Source of the DNA: an uncultured virus (IMG/VR IMGVR_UViG_3300007516_000009)
Lineage: Duplodnaviria > Heunggongvirae > Uroviricota > Caudoviricetes
IMG/VR virus record: IMGVR_UViG_3300007516_000009
Reading direction: 5' to 3' (one strand)
Length of the DNA stretch: 61,411 nt
Shown one piece after another: positions 44,085 to 54,638 of the stretch. Below the pieces are notes generated by a model. It was not told where the DNA came from. It made no database searches and saw nothing but the letters and a program-made list of their open reading frames with translations. Made by a program: the position numbers and the translations under genes. The stretch's first letter is position 1; each line of letters begins with the position of its first letter.

Positions 44085-45348
44085 AGTATTTACCCCACGG
44101 CCGTTTGTGTTCTAAAAGCCCGAGCGGATGAGTTCTGGTATCTCCATAATGATACACAGTGATATTATCTCGACGAATCCCATACGCACTTAGCCCCTTA
44201 CATTGCCGCCAAGGATCCACGATGATTGATCCGGGCCAAAACGGGTAAACAGCAAAGTGATCCGGCCAACCAAGTAGATACGCAGTCTCTTGGCCGACCT
44301 GTGGTGCCGCGCCGTGATAGATAGAATCTTTTCGAACTTCCTTATCATACGATACGGTGTATCCTAGCTGCTCAAGATAATACCCAACGAGAATTGACGG
44401 GGATCCTTCGAGCTGATTTACGCCCGGCTTAAACCCGGCGCCGAGAATAACACACGGCATTGTCTTTGGAACTCCAATTTTCTCAAAAAACTTGGCCATA
44501 TTGTTCGCTTGTTCTTCCCGAGCCTTCATAATAGCATCAAACAGATCATATCCGAACGCGTGTCGATCTGCAAAAGAACGAAGCGCGATGTTGTCGCGCG
44601 GGTGACATCCCCCACCATCTCCTAGTCCAGCAGTCATATACGCCGGGCCCATAATCCTATCAGTCGAACGCTTAAGCGCGTTAGTAACAATATCAACGTT
44701 CATGTGCCCGATAGCCATCGCAGCATCTTGAACCATATTAACAAGACAAAGCTTCGCGGTGATGAACGTATTATAGAAAATTTTCATCGACTCTACTTCT
44801 TCCCAGGTGCCGATTTCAATCCTAGTTTCCCGCTCAAGCATGGGGTTATAGAAGTTAGAAAGGAACTCAGCATCACCTGTTTTCGATCCGTCTTCAGTTC
44901 CAATCATAATCATTTCCGGATTTTTCATATCCCACTTTACAGTCCCCTGTGCGATAAGATACGGGTTATAAATGAATCGGCCATTGGTGATGTGTGGTGC
45001 GATTTCGCGGCGGACGGTTCCTGGCAACATTGTCGAAATCATAACGATAAGAGTACCAGCGTCTACGAGCTTATCTACGAGTTTTGTGACTTCGATAGCA
45101 ATGGAATAATCAAAATCTTTCGCTGGTAAATGACTTGTAGCATACCGACCATCATATTCTGGATCATGTGCAGTTGGAACAGCAATAAAAACAATATCCT
45201 TATCTTCAACCGCCTCGCGTGTAGTGCGAGCCATAGAAACTGTTGTTTCGACCGGCCGGATATCGTATCCAATTACGTCATAATATTCCGCCAAAACTTC
45301 TGCGGCATCCTTTCCGAGTTTTCCTAAACCGACGAATCCTACTTTCAT
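44083..45348 (-). CDS. UDP-glucose/GDP-mannose dehydrogenase family
   Basis: VGLGKLG; FIAVPT; YNP; KIFYNTF; GDGGGCHPRD; GFKPG. Confidence 0.92.
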   Translation of the reverse strand: MKVGFVGLGKLGKDAAEVLAEYYDVIGYDIRPVETTVSMARTTREAVEDKDIVFIAVPTAHDPEYDGRYATSHLPAKDFDYSIAIEVTKLVDKLVDAGTLIVMISTMLPGTVRREIAPHITNGRFIYNPYLIAQGTVKWDMKNPEMIMIGTEDGSKTGDAEFLSNFYNPMLERETRIEIGTWEEVESMKIFYNTFITAKLCLVNMVQDAAMAIGHMNVDIVTNALKRSTDRIMGPAYMTAGLGDGGGCHPRDNIALRSFADRHAFGYDLFDAIMKAREEQANNMAKFFEKIGVPKTMPCVILGAGFKPGVNQLEGSPSILVGYYLEQLGYTVSYDKEVRKDSIYHGAAPQVGQETAYLLGWPDHFAVYPFWPGSIIVDPWRQCKGLSAYGIRRDNITVYHYGDTRTHPLGLLEHKRPWGKY

Positions 45349-45986
45349 ACTCGAATTCCCTTTTTATAGAATACTCCGTTAGCAAATGGGACATGTGCCC
45401 AATTCGGTTTAAAATAACCAGTATCCGCAATGCATTCAACTACACAGCCAGATTTAGTTATTTGATTTTTCCACCAAATTAAGTTCTCTCTAATCATGTG
45501 TGATTTATCATTCTCATACTCATCGATATAATACTCTGTTCCATTCCCGAGCGGCACTACGATAAAAACCGCACTCGATAAATTAGAAATTGTTTGGAGT
45601 ACAGACTTTAGCTCTGTTTTGCTTACGTGCTCTAGAACATCTTTACATATCACCAAATCATAATTCGCATCGTAAAAACTTGTTGTTATTTGGGGTAGTT
45701 GTCTAACATATTTTCTCACCAATGGATCACAATTATCAATTGCATAAGCAGATATGTCAACCCCATGAGCATCCATATCAAGCAACCGGAGTGCTTTAAC
45801 CAAATAGCCCTTAGCACAACCATAATCAAGAACCCGTGTACCGGGTTTTAATTCCATAAACTGAATAATGCGGTGGGCCAACTGCAACGTCGCCTCTGGC
45901 ATCCACCGATAATTCTTGTAAAGAGACTTCCCAGATTCGTTACCGGTTTCAAAATATTCAGAATCATAAAAATCACTATCTTGCAT
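45345..45986 (-). CDS. Class I SAM-dependent methyltransferase
   Basis: VLDYGCAKG..GVDIS..DVLEHV. Confidence 0.9.
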   Translation of the reverse strand: MQDSDFYDSEYFETGNESGKSLYKNYRWMPEATLQLAHRIIQFMELKPGTRVLDYGCAKGYLVKALRLLDMDAHGVDISAYAIDNCDPLVRKYVRQLPQITTSFYDANYDLVICKDVLEHVSKTELKSVLQTISNLSSAVFIVVPLGNGTEYYIDEYENDKSHMIRENLIWWKNQITKSGCVVECIADTGYFKPNWAHVPFANGVFYKKGIRV

Positions 45987-46419
45987 TAACTATATCCTTA
46001 TAGAGCACTGATGCCAGTTTCATATCAATAAGCGCGCCGTGGCGTTCTTTGAGAAGAGCCATAATCTTACCCATATCCTTCATACCAGAAGCGTCGGCAT
46101 CAGTAAAAGCAAGTGTAACTTCGTTAATAGTATCGGCCTCGGACATTACTGTTGGTACGTATACGAGGAGAATATCGATCTCGTCTTGAGTCGCTGAAAA
46201 ATCTCGGCCGGCGAGCTTAAGCATATCTCTGTTTGAGTTTAATGACTTGAGAAATCGGTCGAGAACTTTTGCTGCATCATCGTCTGTTGGTAGACGATTA
46301 CCATCGTTCTTAGCTCGCATCGTAATTTCAGCAATAAGAGTCACAAGAAGATTGGCCTGTGGAAGTTTATTCTTTCGGGCGTTCAGACTATCACTATTTA
46401 GTTGGTCGATTATTGTCAT
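45976..46419 (-). CDS. GatB/YqeY domain protein
   Basis: ARK..EIDILLVYVP..MSE..MKDMGKIMALLK..DMK. Confidence 0.88.
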   Translation of the reverse strand: MTIIDQLNSDSLNARKNKLPQANLLVTLIAEITMRAKNDGNRLPTDDDAAKVLDRFLKSLNSNRDMLKLAGRDFSATQDEIDILLVYVPTVMSEADTINEVTLAFTDADASGMKDMGKIMALLKERHGALIDMKLASVLYKDIVNAR

Positions 46420-46429
46420 AATTTGCTCC

Positions 46430-47473
46430 TTATACGAATTCCTCGTGTTGAAGCGGGGTCTTAAATTCATCAAAACGATTTACTCGTCCATTAACCCAAT
46501 CATCAAGCATATTAACGTTATCAGTAAACACACACCCCTTGCAGTTTTTAGTAGCATCGAATTTATGCCCAAACTCACCGTCGAGATACTTCAATACATC
46601 TTTTGCTTCACATATCTGATATGCCTTTCCAAAATGAGCAATAGCACCATTAAGCACTACACTATCACACGGGTAAACAGTTCCGCCATTTACTTCACTT
46701 AGATACGGCCTAAAATACGACTGATGACACTTAGATTGTGTTGGTGCGCCGTGGAGTTTATATTGATGGAAATAACGCGGATCATTGACCTGTACCAGAA
46801 CCTCATCAAGCGCTTCGTGTTGTTTGATGAGTTTATCCTGCGTAAGTAAACAATTAGGAAGCAGACGAATATACTTTGCGCCACAATTATCTGCTACTTT
46901 AGAAATCCTTCGATACATTTCAAGCTTGTCGACTGTATCTTCTGGTTTTTCATGATCTGCGGTGAACACGCTCGAACAACCAACAACACACTTATCAGAA
47001 ACTTTATCGTATGGGAATTTGATTTTATCTTCCCATCCGTCGAACATATTAACCGAAACTCGCACCCAAGTAAATAGTTTTAGAACATCATCGGCGAGTT
47101 TATGTGTAAGCGTTCCATTAGTAATCATAGCGACCGAAAGCCCCTCGCCATGAACAAACCTCACAAGCTCGTTGATGTGTTTATATGCGGTTGGTTCGCC
47201 ACCACCAGTAAGAATAACGGCCTTCAGACCTCGAGTTTTAAGATCAAGTACGTATTGCTTGATCACATCGAGCTCAATTCTCTCGTGCGTATCTCTATAA
47301 GTCACCGAGCAATATGGGCAAGATAGGTTACATGCACCTTCTGGTGAAATATGAGTTGAAATAATAGTGCTGCCGGAACCAGCCCGGTAGTTAATCATTT
47401 GCTCAGCGTGCCGCCAAAACTTAATTCCAGTACTAGTAAACTTATGTTCTTGTACACTTTTATCTCTAATCAT
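46430..47473 (-). CDS. Radical SAM protein with C-terminal Cys-rich (SPASM/twitch-like) domain
   Basis: CNLSCPYC; TGGGEP; ITNG; GTVYPC; CKGC. Confidence 0.92.
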   Translation of the reverse strand: MIRDKSVQEHKFTSTGIKFWRHAEQMINYRAGSGSTIISTHISPEGACNLSCPYCSVTYRDTHERIELDVIKQYVLDLKTRGLKAVILTGGGEPTAYKHINELVRFVHGEGLSVAMITNGTLTHKLADDVLKLFTWVRVSVNMFDGWEDKIKFPYDKVSDKCVVGCSSVFTADHEKPEDTVDKLEMYRRISKVADNCGAKYIRLLPNCLLTQDKLIKQHEALDEVLVQVNDPRYFHQYKLHGAPTQSKCHQSYFRPYLSEVNGGTVYPCDSVVLNGAIAHFGKAYQICEAKDVLKYLDGEFGHKFDATKNCKGCVFTDNVNMLDDWVNGRVNRFDEFKTPLQHEEFV

Positions 47474-48318
47474 TAGATACCTAACTTTTCTACAAGGTTG
47501 AATGTTATATCATATATATCTGCTTTTTTTATAGTATATCTCCATTTTTCGGCAATCTCCAAATCAATTTTATCTGGAGTCCAGTTCGTCCATTTATCTT
47601 CAAACCAAACATCTGACGGTATAGAATCGCCAATCTTCGCAGAAAATCCAATAGCTGTTAGGTGCTTATACAGCATCGTTTCCTTATTATAAAGAAACCC
47701 GACGTTATAATTCTCAATACCACCGAAAACCTCTGTGTTAGAATTATACGTTCCAAACTCAGTTGTCCAACTATCATCTTCATTCTTTGTATTCCAGCAA
47801 GTAGGACCCAACCGCGGCCGGCCTGGAATCCTATAAATGATCACTTTCTGGCGCGAATGATCAGCAAGTATCGACCAAAGTTCTATCTGATGAATAGATA
47901 AAGATTGAGCCGCTGAGTTAATTGTTGCTGTAATAAATTTGTCGGCATCATCATTAACAAAAATCATATCTGGTTCCATTAGTAACGCAGTTTCAATTTG
48001 CCGATAACCCATATGCTTAGCATGAACATTAGCAATATCGTATAAATTTCTAAACTGATTTCTCGGAGTCTCACACTCATATTGATGCCAAGTGACTTTT
48101 GATTTATTACTGAAATTCGCACACATCAGCGACCGAACATCTTCATGTAATGTCGGTATCGTTACAGTTTTACCGAGATATTGAATCTGTGTGCCCGTAC
48201 CACACCATGGACGCATAGAATAGAAAACAAACACATGATCGACCGACTCTATGATGCTATTAATAGACTGAATCAGAAACTCGGTTCCATAATGCATACG
48301 ATAGATCGCGACCTTCAT
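47473..48318 (-). CDS. Putative GT-A glycosyltransferase-like protein
   Basis: FLIQSINSI..VDHVFV..EPDMIF; cluster context. Confidence 0.5.
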   Translation of the reverse strand: MKVAIYRMHYGTEFLIQSINSIIESVDHVFVFYSMRPWCGTGTQIQYLGKTVTIPTLHEDVRSLMCANFSNKSKVTWHQYECETPRNQFRNLYDIANVHAKHMGYRQIETALLMEPDMIFVNDDADKFITATINSAAQSLSIHQIELWSILADHSRQKVIIYRIPGRPRLGPTCWNTKNEDDSWTTEFGTYNSNTEVFGGIENYNVGFLYNKETMLYKHLTAIGFSAKIGDSIPSDVWFEDKWTNWTPDKIDLEIAEKWRYTIKKADIYDITFNLVEKLGI

Positions 48319-49034
48319 TACAACATAATCTTTCTGAGTTTCTCTGCGTCCACTTCGCGCCGGTCCGCTGAATTTTCAAAAAGAATTTTGTCGAGGTCGT
48401 ATAGATTACCTCGTTCTTGGGTACGATTTCTATGATACGTGTCGTCTAGTTCAGATTTACCGGTAGTGAAGTGCATATGCTCATTTACAACTTCGGGTAT
48501 GAACCGAACACGATTTATCCGCTTAGCAATATCGTGTATCCAGGTGTCATTATAACCAAAATTGAAAATTCCTGGTGTGAAATATCCAAGTGTCTCATAC
48601 CACTTTCTAGAAACGATTGGAAAAGCACAGTGATCTGGCCCATTAATTTTGTCCTCGAACCACATACAATAGATATCGTCCGCGTATTCAGGCACGATTG
48701 AATCTAAAACTAGATCCCACCCTTTGGTACGATAAAGCAAATCATCGTTTCCCATAATCAGAATATCGGCGGGTGTTTCACGGAACGTCATAGCAGCTCC
48801 AGCGATAATATTCCACGACATTGATACTGAAATCGGTTCGCCGAAAATGATTGTCGAGTTCTTTGACTGTTTCTTTGAATAATCATCGTATGCGCGGATG
48901 CGCGGATCGTCGTTGTCAATGTAATTGTAGCAAAAAACTCGATCTGGATTTGCCGCCGTATTATAAACAGATTCTATAAAATTATCCAAACGACCAGGCC
49001 GACCTCGAGATGGAGTCAATATTGCAATATTCAT
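48318..49034 (-). CDS. Family 2 glycosyltransferase
   Basis: ILTPSRGRP..IDNDD..GNDD..FPIVS..YNDTW. Confidence 0.85.
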   Translation of the reverse strand: MNIAILTPSRGRPGRLDNFIESVYNTAANPDRVFCYNYIDNDDPRIRAYDDYSKKQSKNSTIIFGEPISVSMSWNIIAGAAMTFRETPADILIMGNDDLLYRTKGWDLVLDSIVPEYADDIYCMWFEDKINGPDHCAFPIVSRKWYETLGYFTPGIFNFGYNDTWIHDIAKRINRVRFIPEVVNEHMHFTTGKSELDDTYHRNRTQERGNLYDLDKILFENSADRREVDAEKLRKIML

Positions 49035-49438
49035 TCAGAAGAATCCTTATAAAACTCGCGCAAATCAATTACTTTAACGCCGTTAGTGTATGAGCGATTA
49101 ATCATATCAAGTGTTCCGCGACCACCCGCAAACGCAATTGTAATATCTGGGCGCGCTTCATCAATCATTCTCTGGTTTCGTACAGGTCCGGCGCCAGTAC
49201 CATGACGCTTCCAATCAGCCATAAAAACCTTTAGTTCCAGCCCGTTTAAATTAGCCCATTGAATAGCCAGCGTATCTGCCCCTTTAGCACCACCGCTCAC
49301 TATAACCGAAAAGCTGTAGATTGAATGTAAATGAACTAATGACTTTTCAAAAAAAGTGATTTGCTTCTTTGCCGGCGCGGGCTGCGCACATATCACTTCT
49401 GTGCCGAAATTTCTACCACCGCAAACAAGACCAATCAT
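49031..49438 (-). CDS. DUF2493/YspA-like SLOG protein
   Basis: VCGGRNF..SGGAKGAD..ADW..GAGPVRNQRM..GRGT.DM. Confidence 0.88.
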   Translation of the reverse strand: MIGLVCGGRNFGTEVICAQPAPAKKQITFFEKSLVHLHSIYSFSVIVSGGAKGADTLAIQWANLNGLELKVFMADWKRHGTGAGPVRNQRMIDEARPDITIAFAGGRGTLDMINRSYTNGVKVIDLREFYKDSSE

Positions 49439-50136
49439 AATTTCCAATAATCTCCTACCCACGGCGATGGAATAAATTCAATGCCCCATGGATATGTTGT
49501 TTCACTGATCGCTTGATGTGGCCGCGGAACCCCATGAAAACAAACGATTGCTGTGCCCGGAACAAGACCCTCGTCATAGCACTGGTACTTATACGACCGA
49601 AGCTTGTTTGGATAGATATGTTGCACCAAATCCGGTTTATTGCCCGTGTGCTGAAAGATATAATGAAGAAATTCGCCATCCCCATAGAATTTCTTCACGA
49701 TATCATCCTGGTGAGCTTCAAATAGTTTCCAGATCGGTGTGTTCTCTTTTTGATTCCAAGCCATAATACCGGATTGAAAACGGTTAGCATATGCTTCTGG
49801 ATTTTCAAATCTGTTATTAACTCCTAAGTTTTCAATTCCCATCATTAACCCATCGTATGACAGAAGCCAGTCAATATTATCCGTGATTATCGTATCAAGA
49901 TCAAAATACACAACACGTTCACTAAGAGCTGCCTTTTCGCTAAACAGATAAAGCTTATTCCACCAACCATTAAGCCCATCTGGCAGCCAACGCGTATCAA
50001 TTCCATCAATTATATTATCGGAAAAACAAACAAAATTATACTCAATCGTTGTGTTACGAGCAACCATCGCCTTCAGAATATGAACATAATCGTCCGAAAA
50101 CTCAGTTCCCCATTTTACACAAACTACATCAAGCAT
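49435..50136 (-). CDS. Glycosyltransferase (GT8-like)
   Basis: VCVKWG..GWWNKL..YFDLD..FHGVPRP. Confidence 0.85.
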   Translation of the reverse strand: MLDVVCVKWGTEFSDDYVHILKAMVARNTTIEYNFVCFSDNIIDGIDTRWLPDGLNGWWNKLYLFSEKAALSERVVYFDLDTIITDNIDWLLSYDGLMMGIENLGVNNRFENPEAYANRFQSGIMAWNQKENTPIWKLFEAHQDDIVKKFYGDGEFLHYIFQHTGNKPDLVQHIYPNKLRSYKYQCYDEGLVPGTAIVCFHGVPRPHQAISETTYPWGIEFIPSPWVGDYWKL

Positions 50137-50137
50137 A

Positions 50138-50542
50138 TCAATACCATAAATGTTTAAAATATTTAGCGAATAACATCAGCCCATTTTGTTGGCGCTCGTT
50201 CTCGTGAAGCGAACACATATAAGAAGAATCGTCTTCTGCCCGATGAGATTCAAACCCATAAATCATCTCGCCGAGGATCCAATCCCACGCATAAAAACAA
50301 GGATCGATAGACGGATCGAGCTCTAGTAAAAACGCAATTTCTTTCAATATATGATTTGGAAGTGAACTCCGAGTCACATCAGCTAATGGAGCGCCATGAG
50401 TAGTTGCCCGAAACTGCTTGAGCAATGGGACTATAATATATGAAATAGTCGTTGACACGTCATAAGTATCATGTTTGTCGAGCCTAATATATTCAGCACG
50501 CGGCACGTCGTCTTTCGGGTAATCACCTAAAAATACGTACAT
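50138..50542 (-). CDS. Conserved phage hypothetical protein
   Basis: WDWILGEMIYGF..GLMLFAKYF.HLW. Confidence 0.75.
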   Translation of the reverse strand: MYVFLGDYPKDDVPRAEYIRLDKHDTYDVSTTISYIIVPLLKQFRATTHGAPLADVTRSSLPNHILKEIAFLLELDPSIDPCFYAWDWILGEMIYGFESHRAEDDSSYMCSLHENERQQNGLMLFAKYFKHLWY

Positions 50543-50963
50543 TATATTTTCTCGCTTCCATGATGTGTCGCGGCTTCTTCATCCACTTACCGCTGATGTT
50601 ACCATTATACCAGCCGTCTTCTTCGAGAACATTATATAAAAACTGTTGCTTCACTTCTTCATAGTTAACATCGCCTCGCGTTATATGTAACGATAGGATA
50701 TGTCTCTCAAAATTTATAATACCCCGTTCTTCCACTAATGTCAACAAATCTTTTGACGACCCATAATATAATTTCCAATCGGACTCTATTTTCTGTCGAT
50801 TTCGCTTACCCTTAACTTTACGGATAGAATAGAAATACTTACGACCGATATACTTGAAGCCATTGGTTTTATCCAGAATAAGATAAACGAACCCAACGTA
50901 TTTGTCGATGTGCTCAGTATCAAATGGTTCTCCATTTAGAAGCCACGGATTTTCGTACACCAC
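50523..50963 (-). CDS. GIY-YIG-like nuclease
   Basis: GFVYLI..KYIGRK..SDWKLYYGSS..YNGNI. Confidence 0.82.
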   Translation of the reverse strand: MVYENPWLLNGEPFDTEHIDKYVGFVYLILDKTNGFKYIGRKYFYSIRKVKGKRNRQKIESDWKLYYGSSKDLLTLVEERGIINFERHILSLHITRGDVNYEEVKQQFLYNVLEEDGWYNGNISGKWMKKPRHIMEARKYNVRIFR

Positions 50964-51139
50964 TATTCTTCTGATAAGTAATCATCGTCATCCATAATAT
51001 AAAGATCGTCTTCTTCTTCAATTGAAAGATCGGCGCCGCAGACCGGGCAATGGTTAATTTCATCAGTATCGTCATGCGTTACTTCTGTTTCTGAACCGCA
51101 GTCTCCACATTCTAGTTGTTTTTTTAACTGATTTGCCAT
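50963..51139 (-). CDS. Small zinc-ribbon protein with acidic tail
   Basis: Hand-translated CGDC..CPVCG; AAGGA RBS. Confidence 0.72.
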   Translation of the reverse strand: MANQLKKQLECGDCGSETEVTHDDTDEINHCPVCGADLSIEEEDDLYIMDDDDYLSEE

Positions 51140-51154
51140 TTTTATTTCCTTTGT

Positions 51155-52123
51155 TTACTTAGCCCAAACATCATCCCAACTACCAGTCATCGCACCCTTA
51201 GCATAATCTGTTGATCTGTTTTCAAAAAAGTTGGTGTGTGTCGGCGCATTAATCATAGATTCTACCCACGGTAGCGGATTTTTCTTAACTTTAAAGATGC
51301 CCTTCATGCCCATAGAAATGAGGCGGCGGTCTGCAATATACCGGATATATTCCTTAACTTCTGTATCACGAAGCCCTTCTACTTTACCCATCTGAAAAGC
51401 AAGATCAACGAATTCATATTCAAGCTCAACCATTGTTGTTGCGATATTATATATCTGTCCCTTAGTATCATCGTTCCAGAGTTCTCTATTCTCCTCAATA
51501 TACGTGCGAAACAGTTTTATCATGCCCTCAGCGTGAATTGTTTCATCGATCAGGCTCCATGAAATTATCTGCCCCATACCGCGCATTTTACCGTGACGAG
51601 GAAAATTCAATAGCATAATGAACGATGAAAACAGAGCAAGACCTTCTGTAAAAGCAGATATCGCGGCGATCTTGATTGGCAAAGATGTCTCCTCACCAAC
51701 AGCAGATAGGAAATATTCGTGCTTCTTGCGCATAGCATCATACTCTAAAAACTCGTTGTATGTTGATTCTGGCATACCAAGTGATTCTATTAAATGAGAA
51801 TATGCCGCAATGTGAAGTGCTTCACGCGCGGCGAATCCCATAAGCATCATTCTAACTTCTGGCTGCGGGAAATTAGGAAGATAGTTTTTGATGTACCCGC
51901 CCGCAACATCAATGTCTGACTGAGTAAAGAAGCGGAAAATGTTCGTCAAAAAGTATTTTTCTTCGGTCGATAATCTATTCTTCCAGTCCTTAACATCCTC
52001 AAGCATTGGCACTTCTGTGTGTAGCCAATGAGATTGCTCGTGTTTCAACCAAAAATCAAAAGCCCACGGGTAATGAAATGGTTTGAAATAATTTCGTTCA
52101 TCCGTTAGTTTTAGTTTTGTCAT
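51155..52123 (-). CDS. nrdB: Ribonucleotide reductase beta subunit
   Basis: FRFFTQSD; EALH..YS; FTEG..LFSSF; DETIH; NFFE. Confidence 0.97.
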   Translation of the reverse strand: MTKLKLTDERNYFKPFHYPWAFDFWLKHEQSHWLHTEVPMLEDVKDWKNRLSTEEKYFLTNIFRFFTQSDIDVAGGYIKNYLPNFPQPEVRMMLMGFAAREALHIAAYSHLIESLGMPESTYNEFLEYDAMRKKHEYFLSAVGEETSLPIKIAAISAFTEGLALFSSFIMLLNFPRHGKMRGMGQIISWSLIDETIHAEGMIKLFRTYIEENRELWNDDTKGQIYNIATTMVELEYEFVDLAFQMGKVEGLRDTEVKEYIRYIADRRLISMGMKGIFKVKKNPLPWVESMINAPTHTNFFENRSTDYAKGAMTGSWDDVWAK

Positions 52124-52148
52124 TAAGTACCTTCTCTTTTTATGCTTT

Positions 52149-53939
52149 TCATCCCTCACATGCTAGACATTCTTCTCCTGCTACCAGGGCAGTCATATCT
52201 AACTCTTTAATAATATCACGCTCGATTGCTCGCGATATTTTGTCTGCTTTCCCAATCTTTTCTGAACGACAATAATACAATGTTTTCAGACCTGCTTTCC
52301 AAGCCATAAAGTGCACAGCATGGAGATATTTTATGTTTGCATCTGGTCTAAAGAAAACGTTGACCGACTGGCCCTGGTCGATAAACACTTGGCGGTCAGC
52401 TGCATGTTCGATCACCCAGCGTTGGTCAATTTCCATTGCTGTTTTGTATATGTCTTTTTCATAGTCATCAAGACACTTCAGATGCTGGACCGAACCATCA
52501 CTCGATATAATCGACGACCAGATTTTATCATAGTCAAGACCAGAATCTTCTTCACACCTTTTCTTGAGCAGAGCATCAAGATGCTTATTTTTATTCAAAA
52601 ACGAACCACTAAGTGTATCTTGCCGATATGCGTTTGCTCTCCAAGGTTCGATAGAAGGGGAGGTGTTTCCCATAATAATCGAGCTTGATGCGTTTGGTGC
52701 GACTGCCATAGTATGAGAACATCTAAGCCCTGTTCCTTCTGCATCCGGGGCTTCTCCTCTTTCGAGTCCAAGCTCTTTATTTGCAACATCAAGTCCTGCT
52801 TTGATGTGTTTGAAAATTCGCATATTGGTGGATTTTGCGAGGGCGGTTTCAAACGGCATTCCCTTTCGCTGTAGATAAGCATGGAAGCCGAGTGCGCCAA
52901 CTCCAACCGAGCGTTCTCGCTGTGCGCTATATACGGCACGAGCAATAGTATCGGGAGCAGTATCAATGAAAAGTTGTAGTACATTATCAAGCATTTCCAA
53001 TACATCTTTGAGAAACTTTTTATTTTTAGACCACTCGTCAAAGTACTCGATATTAACCGACGAAAGACAACACACAGCAGTTCTATTTTTGTCAGTCGGC
53101 AATATCACTTCTGAACATAAATTCGATTGCTGAATCTTCAGGCCCCTATCTTTAAGCCACCGTGGCAACTCACGGTTTGATTTATCTATAAAATGAATAT
53201 ATGGTTCTCCAGTTTGCATTCTCATATCAAGAATTCGTTGCCATAGATCGCGCGCAGAAATAACTTCGCGGACTTCGTCTGTATGCGGATCTTTAAGTTC
53301 CCACGAGTCATCAGCCGATGAGTCAATCATAGAATTCTCTACCAGCTGCATAAAATCATCGGTGATATTTAGTCCATGATGAAGATTTAAACATCTGAAA
53401 TTTTGGTCGCCAGTTGGCTTACGCATTTCAAGAAACATTAGAATATCAGGATGATCGATATCAAGATACGCAGCATAACTGCCGCGGCGCGTTTTGCCCT
53501 GTCTATATGCTAGAGATGAAGCATCATACATGCGGAGATGTGGCATTACGCCCGTTGATTTATCGTCCGCAGACCGAATACCAAAACCAATGCCGACGCC
53601 GCCGCCAAGCATCGAAAGCCAGTTTGTCTCCGATAGATTTTCTACTAAACCTTCTGCCGTGTCGTCTATCCAATTCAAAAAACAACTTATCGGCAGCCCT
53701 CGTTTTGATCGGCCGAATGAAAGAATCGGCGTTGAATATGAAAGCCAGTGTTTAGACGAATATTCATACAGTCGTTGTGCGTGTTCTGGGTTGCTACCAA
53801 AGGTCTTAGATACAAATGCAAATCTCTCTTGTGGTGATATTTCATCGTCGATCATATACGATTCTTTTAGTCGCTTGATTCCATAATCATCAAAAAGACT
53901 ATCTCTATTTGGATCGATATGTATCCCTAGGTGCTGCAT
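52149..53939 (-). CDS. nrdA: Class I ribonucleotide reductase alpha subunit (no ATP cone)
   Basis: ISCF; SNLCSE; AVCCLSS; APNASSS; LYYCR; C-terminal CLAC. Confidence 0.97.
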   Translation of the reverse strand: MQHLGIHIDPNRDSLFDDYGIKRLKESYMIDDEISPQERFAFVSKTFGSNPEHAQRLYEYSSKHWLSYSTPILSFGRSKRGLPISCFLNWIDDTAEGLVENLSETNWLSMLGGGVGIGFGIRSADDKSTGVMPHLRMYDASSLAYRQGKTRRGSYAAYLDIDHPDILMFLEMRKPTGDQNFRCLNLHHGLNITDDFMQLVENSMIDSSADDSWELKDPHTDEVREVISARDLWQRILDMRMQTGEPYIHFIDKSNRELPRWLKDRGLKIQQSNLCSEVILPTDKNRTAVCCLSSVNIEYFDEWSKNKKFLKDVLEMLDNVLQLFIDTAPDTIARAVYSAQRERSVGVGALGFHAYLQRKGMPFETALAKSTNMRIFKHIKAGLDVANKELGLERGEAPDAEGTGLRCSHTMAVAPNASSSIIMGNTSPSIEPWRANAYRQDTLSGSFLNKNKHLDALLKKRCEEDSGLDYDKIWSSIISSDGSVQHLKCLDDYEKDIYKTAMEIDQRWVIEHAADRQVFIDQGQSVNVFFRPDANIKYLHAVHFMAWKAGLKTLYYCRSEKIGKADKISRAIERDIIKELDMTALVAGEECLACEG

Positions 53940-54638
53940 TCAAATATCCTTGTTTATTGTTTTTATTACGGGAAACAGTTCTGCCACAATCTTTGCGATC
54001 AATAGCGCAATATCTCGATGTTCTTTTTGAGTACTTTCATCAAGTCTAGACTCTAGAAAATGTATCCACGAACGAACAGTCCCATTAATATACATCCGAG
54101 AAACAGTAAGACCCTCTGGCAGAACAGCACGGGCCTGTTCTTTTGCGATACCATTCTTAATCGCCCACTCGTATGCGTCTGTCGCGACCTCAATTACATG
54201 CTGTTGGGTCAACTCCCAATCAGACACTAATCCAGCAATATTCTCGCCGTCTCCTGGACTAATGGAAATGCTATTCTGCCTATTCTTTGGATCCTGAAGT
54301 CTTGCTTCTCTAGTAACAAACCCAAGTGATTTGGTTGGATCTGCATATCGTTGAGAAAATTCTTGGAAGTCCATTGATTGGTGTCTGAGAATCTGCCTAC
54401 CGATGTCACGCGTCGTGGTAACTTCAATAACAATATTTGCCATTGCGAACGGACTCCAGTGTTTCTTGCGGATCAAAAACTGAATGAGTTTATCAGATGT
54501 TTCAGTATTCATTTGATTGTCCGGATTAGAAACACGAGCACAATAAGCAATGAGTTCTTGAATATCGGCGGGGACATCACCGAATATAGCTTCTTCTGGT
54601 TTGGTTCGAGCAATAAGTTTAGCCGTCAATTCCGTCAT
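53940..54638 (-). CDS. thyX: Flavin-dependent thymidylate synthase
   Basis: ARVSNP; HWSP; RQILRH..FQEFSQRY; EQARAVLP; TQKEH. Confidence 0.96.
   Translation of the reverse strand: MTELTAKLIARTKPEEAIFGDVPADIQELIAYCARVSNPDNQMNTETSDKLIQFLIRKKHWSPFAMANIVIEVTTTRDIGRQILRHQSMDFQEFSQRYADPTKSLGFVTREARLQDPKNRQNSISISPGDGENIAGLVSDWELTQQHVIEVATDAYEWAIKNGIAKEQARAVLPEGLTVSRMYINGTVRSWIHFLESRLDESTQKEHRDIALLIAKIVAELFPVIKTINKDI

Noticed and set aside
51155..54638. Introns or inteins in nrdA, nrdB or thyX
   Set aside because: All three ORFs are continuous and of ordinary length.
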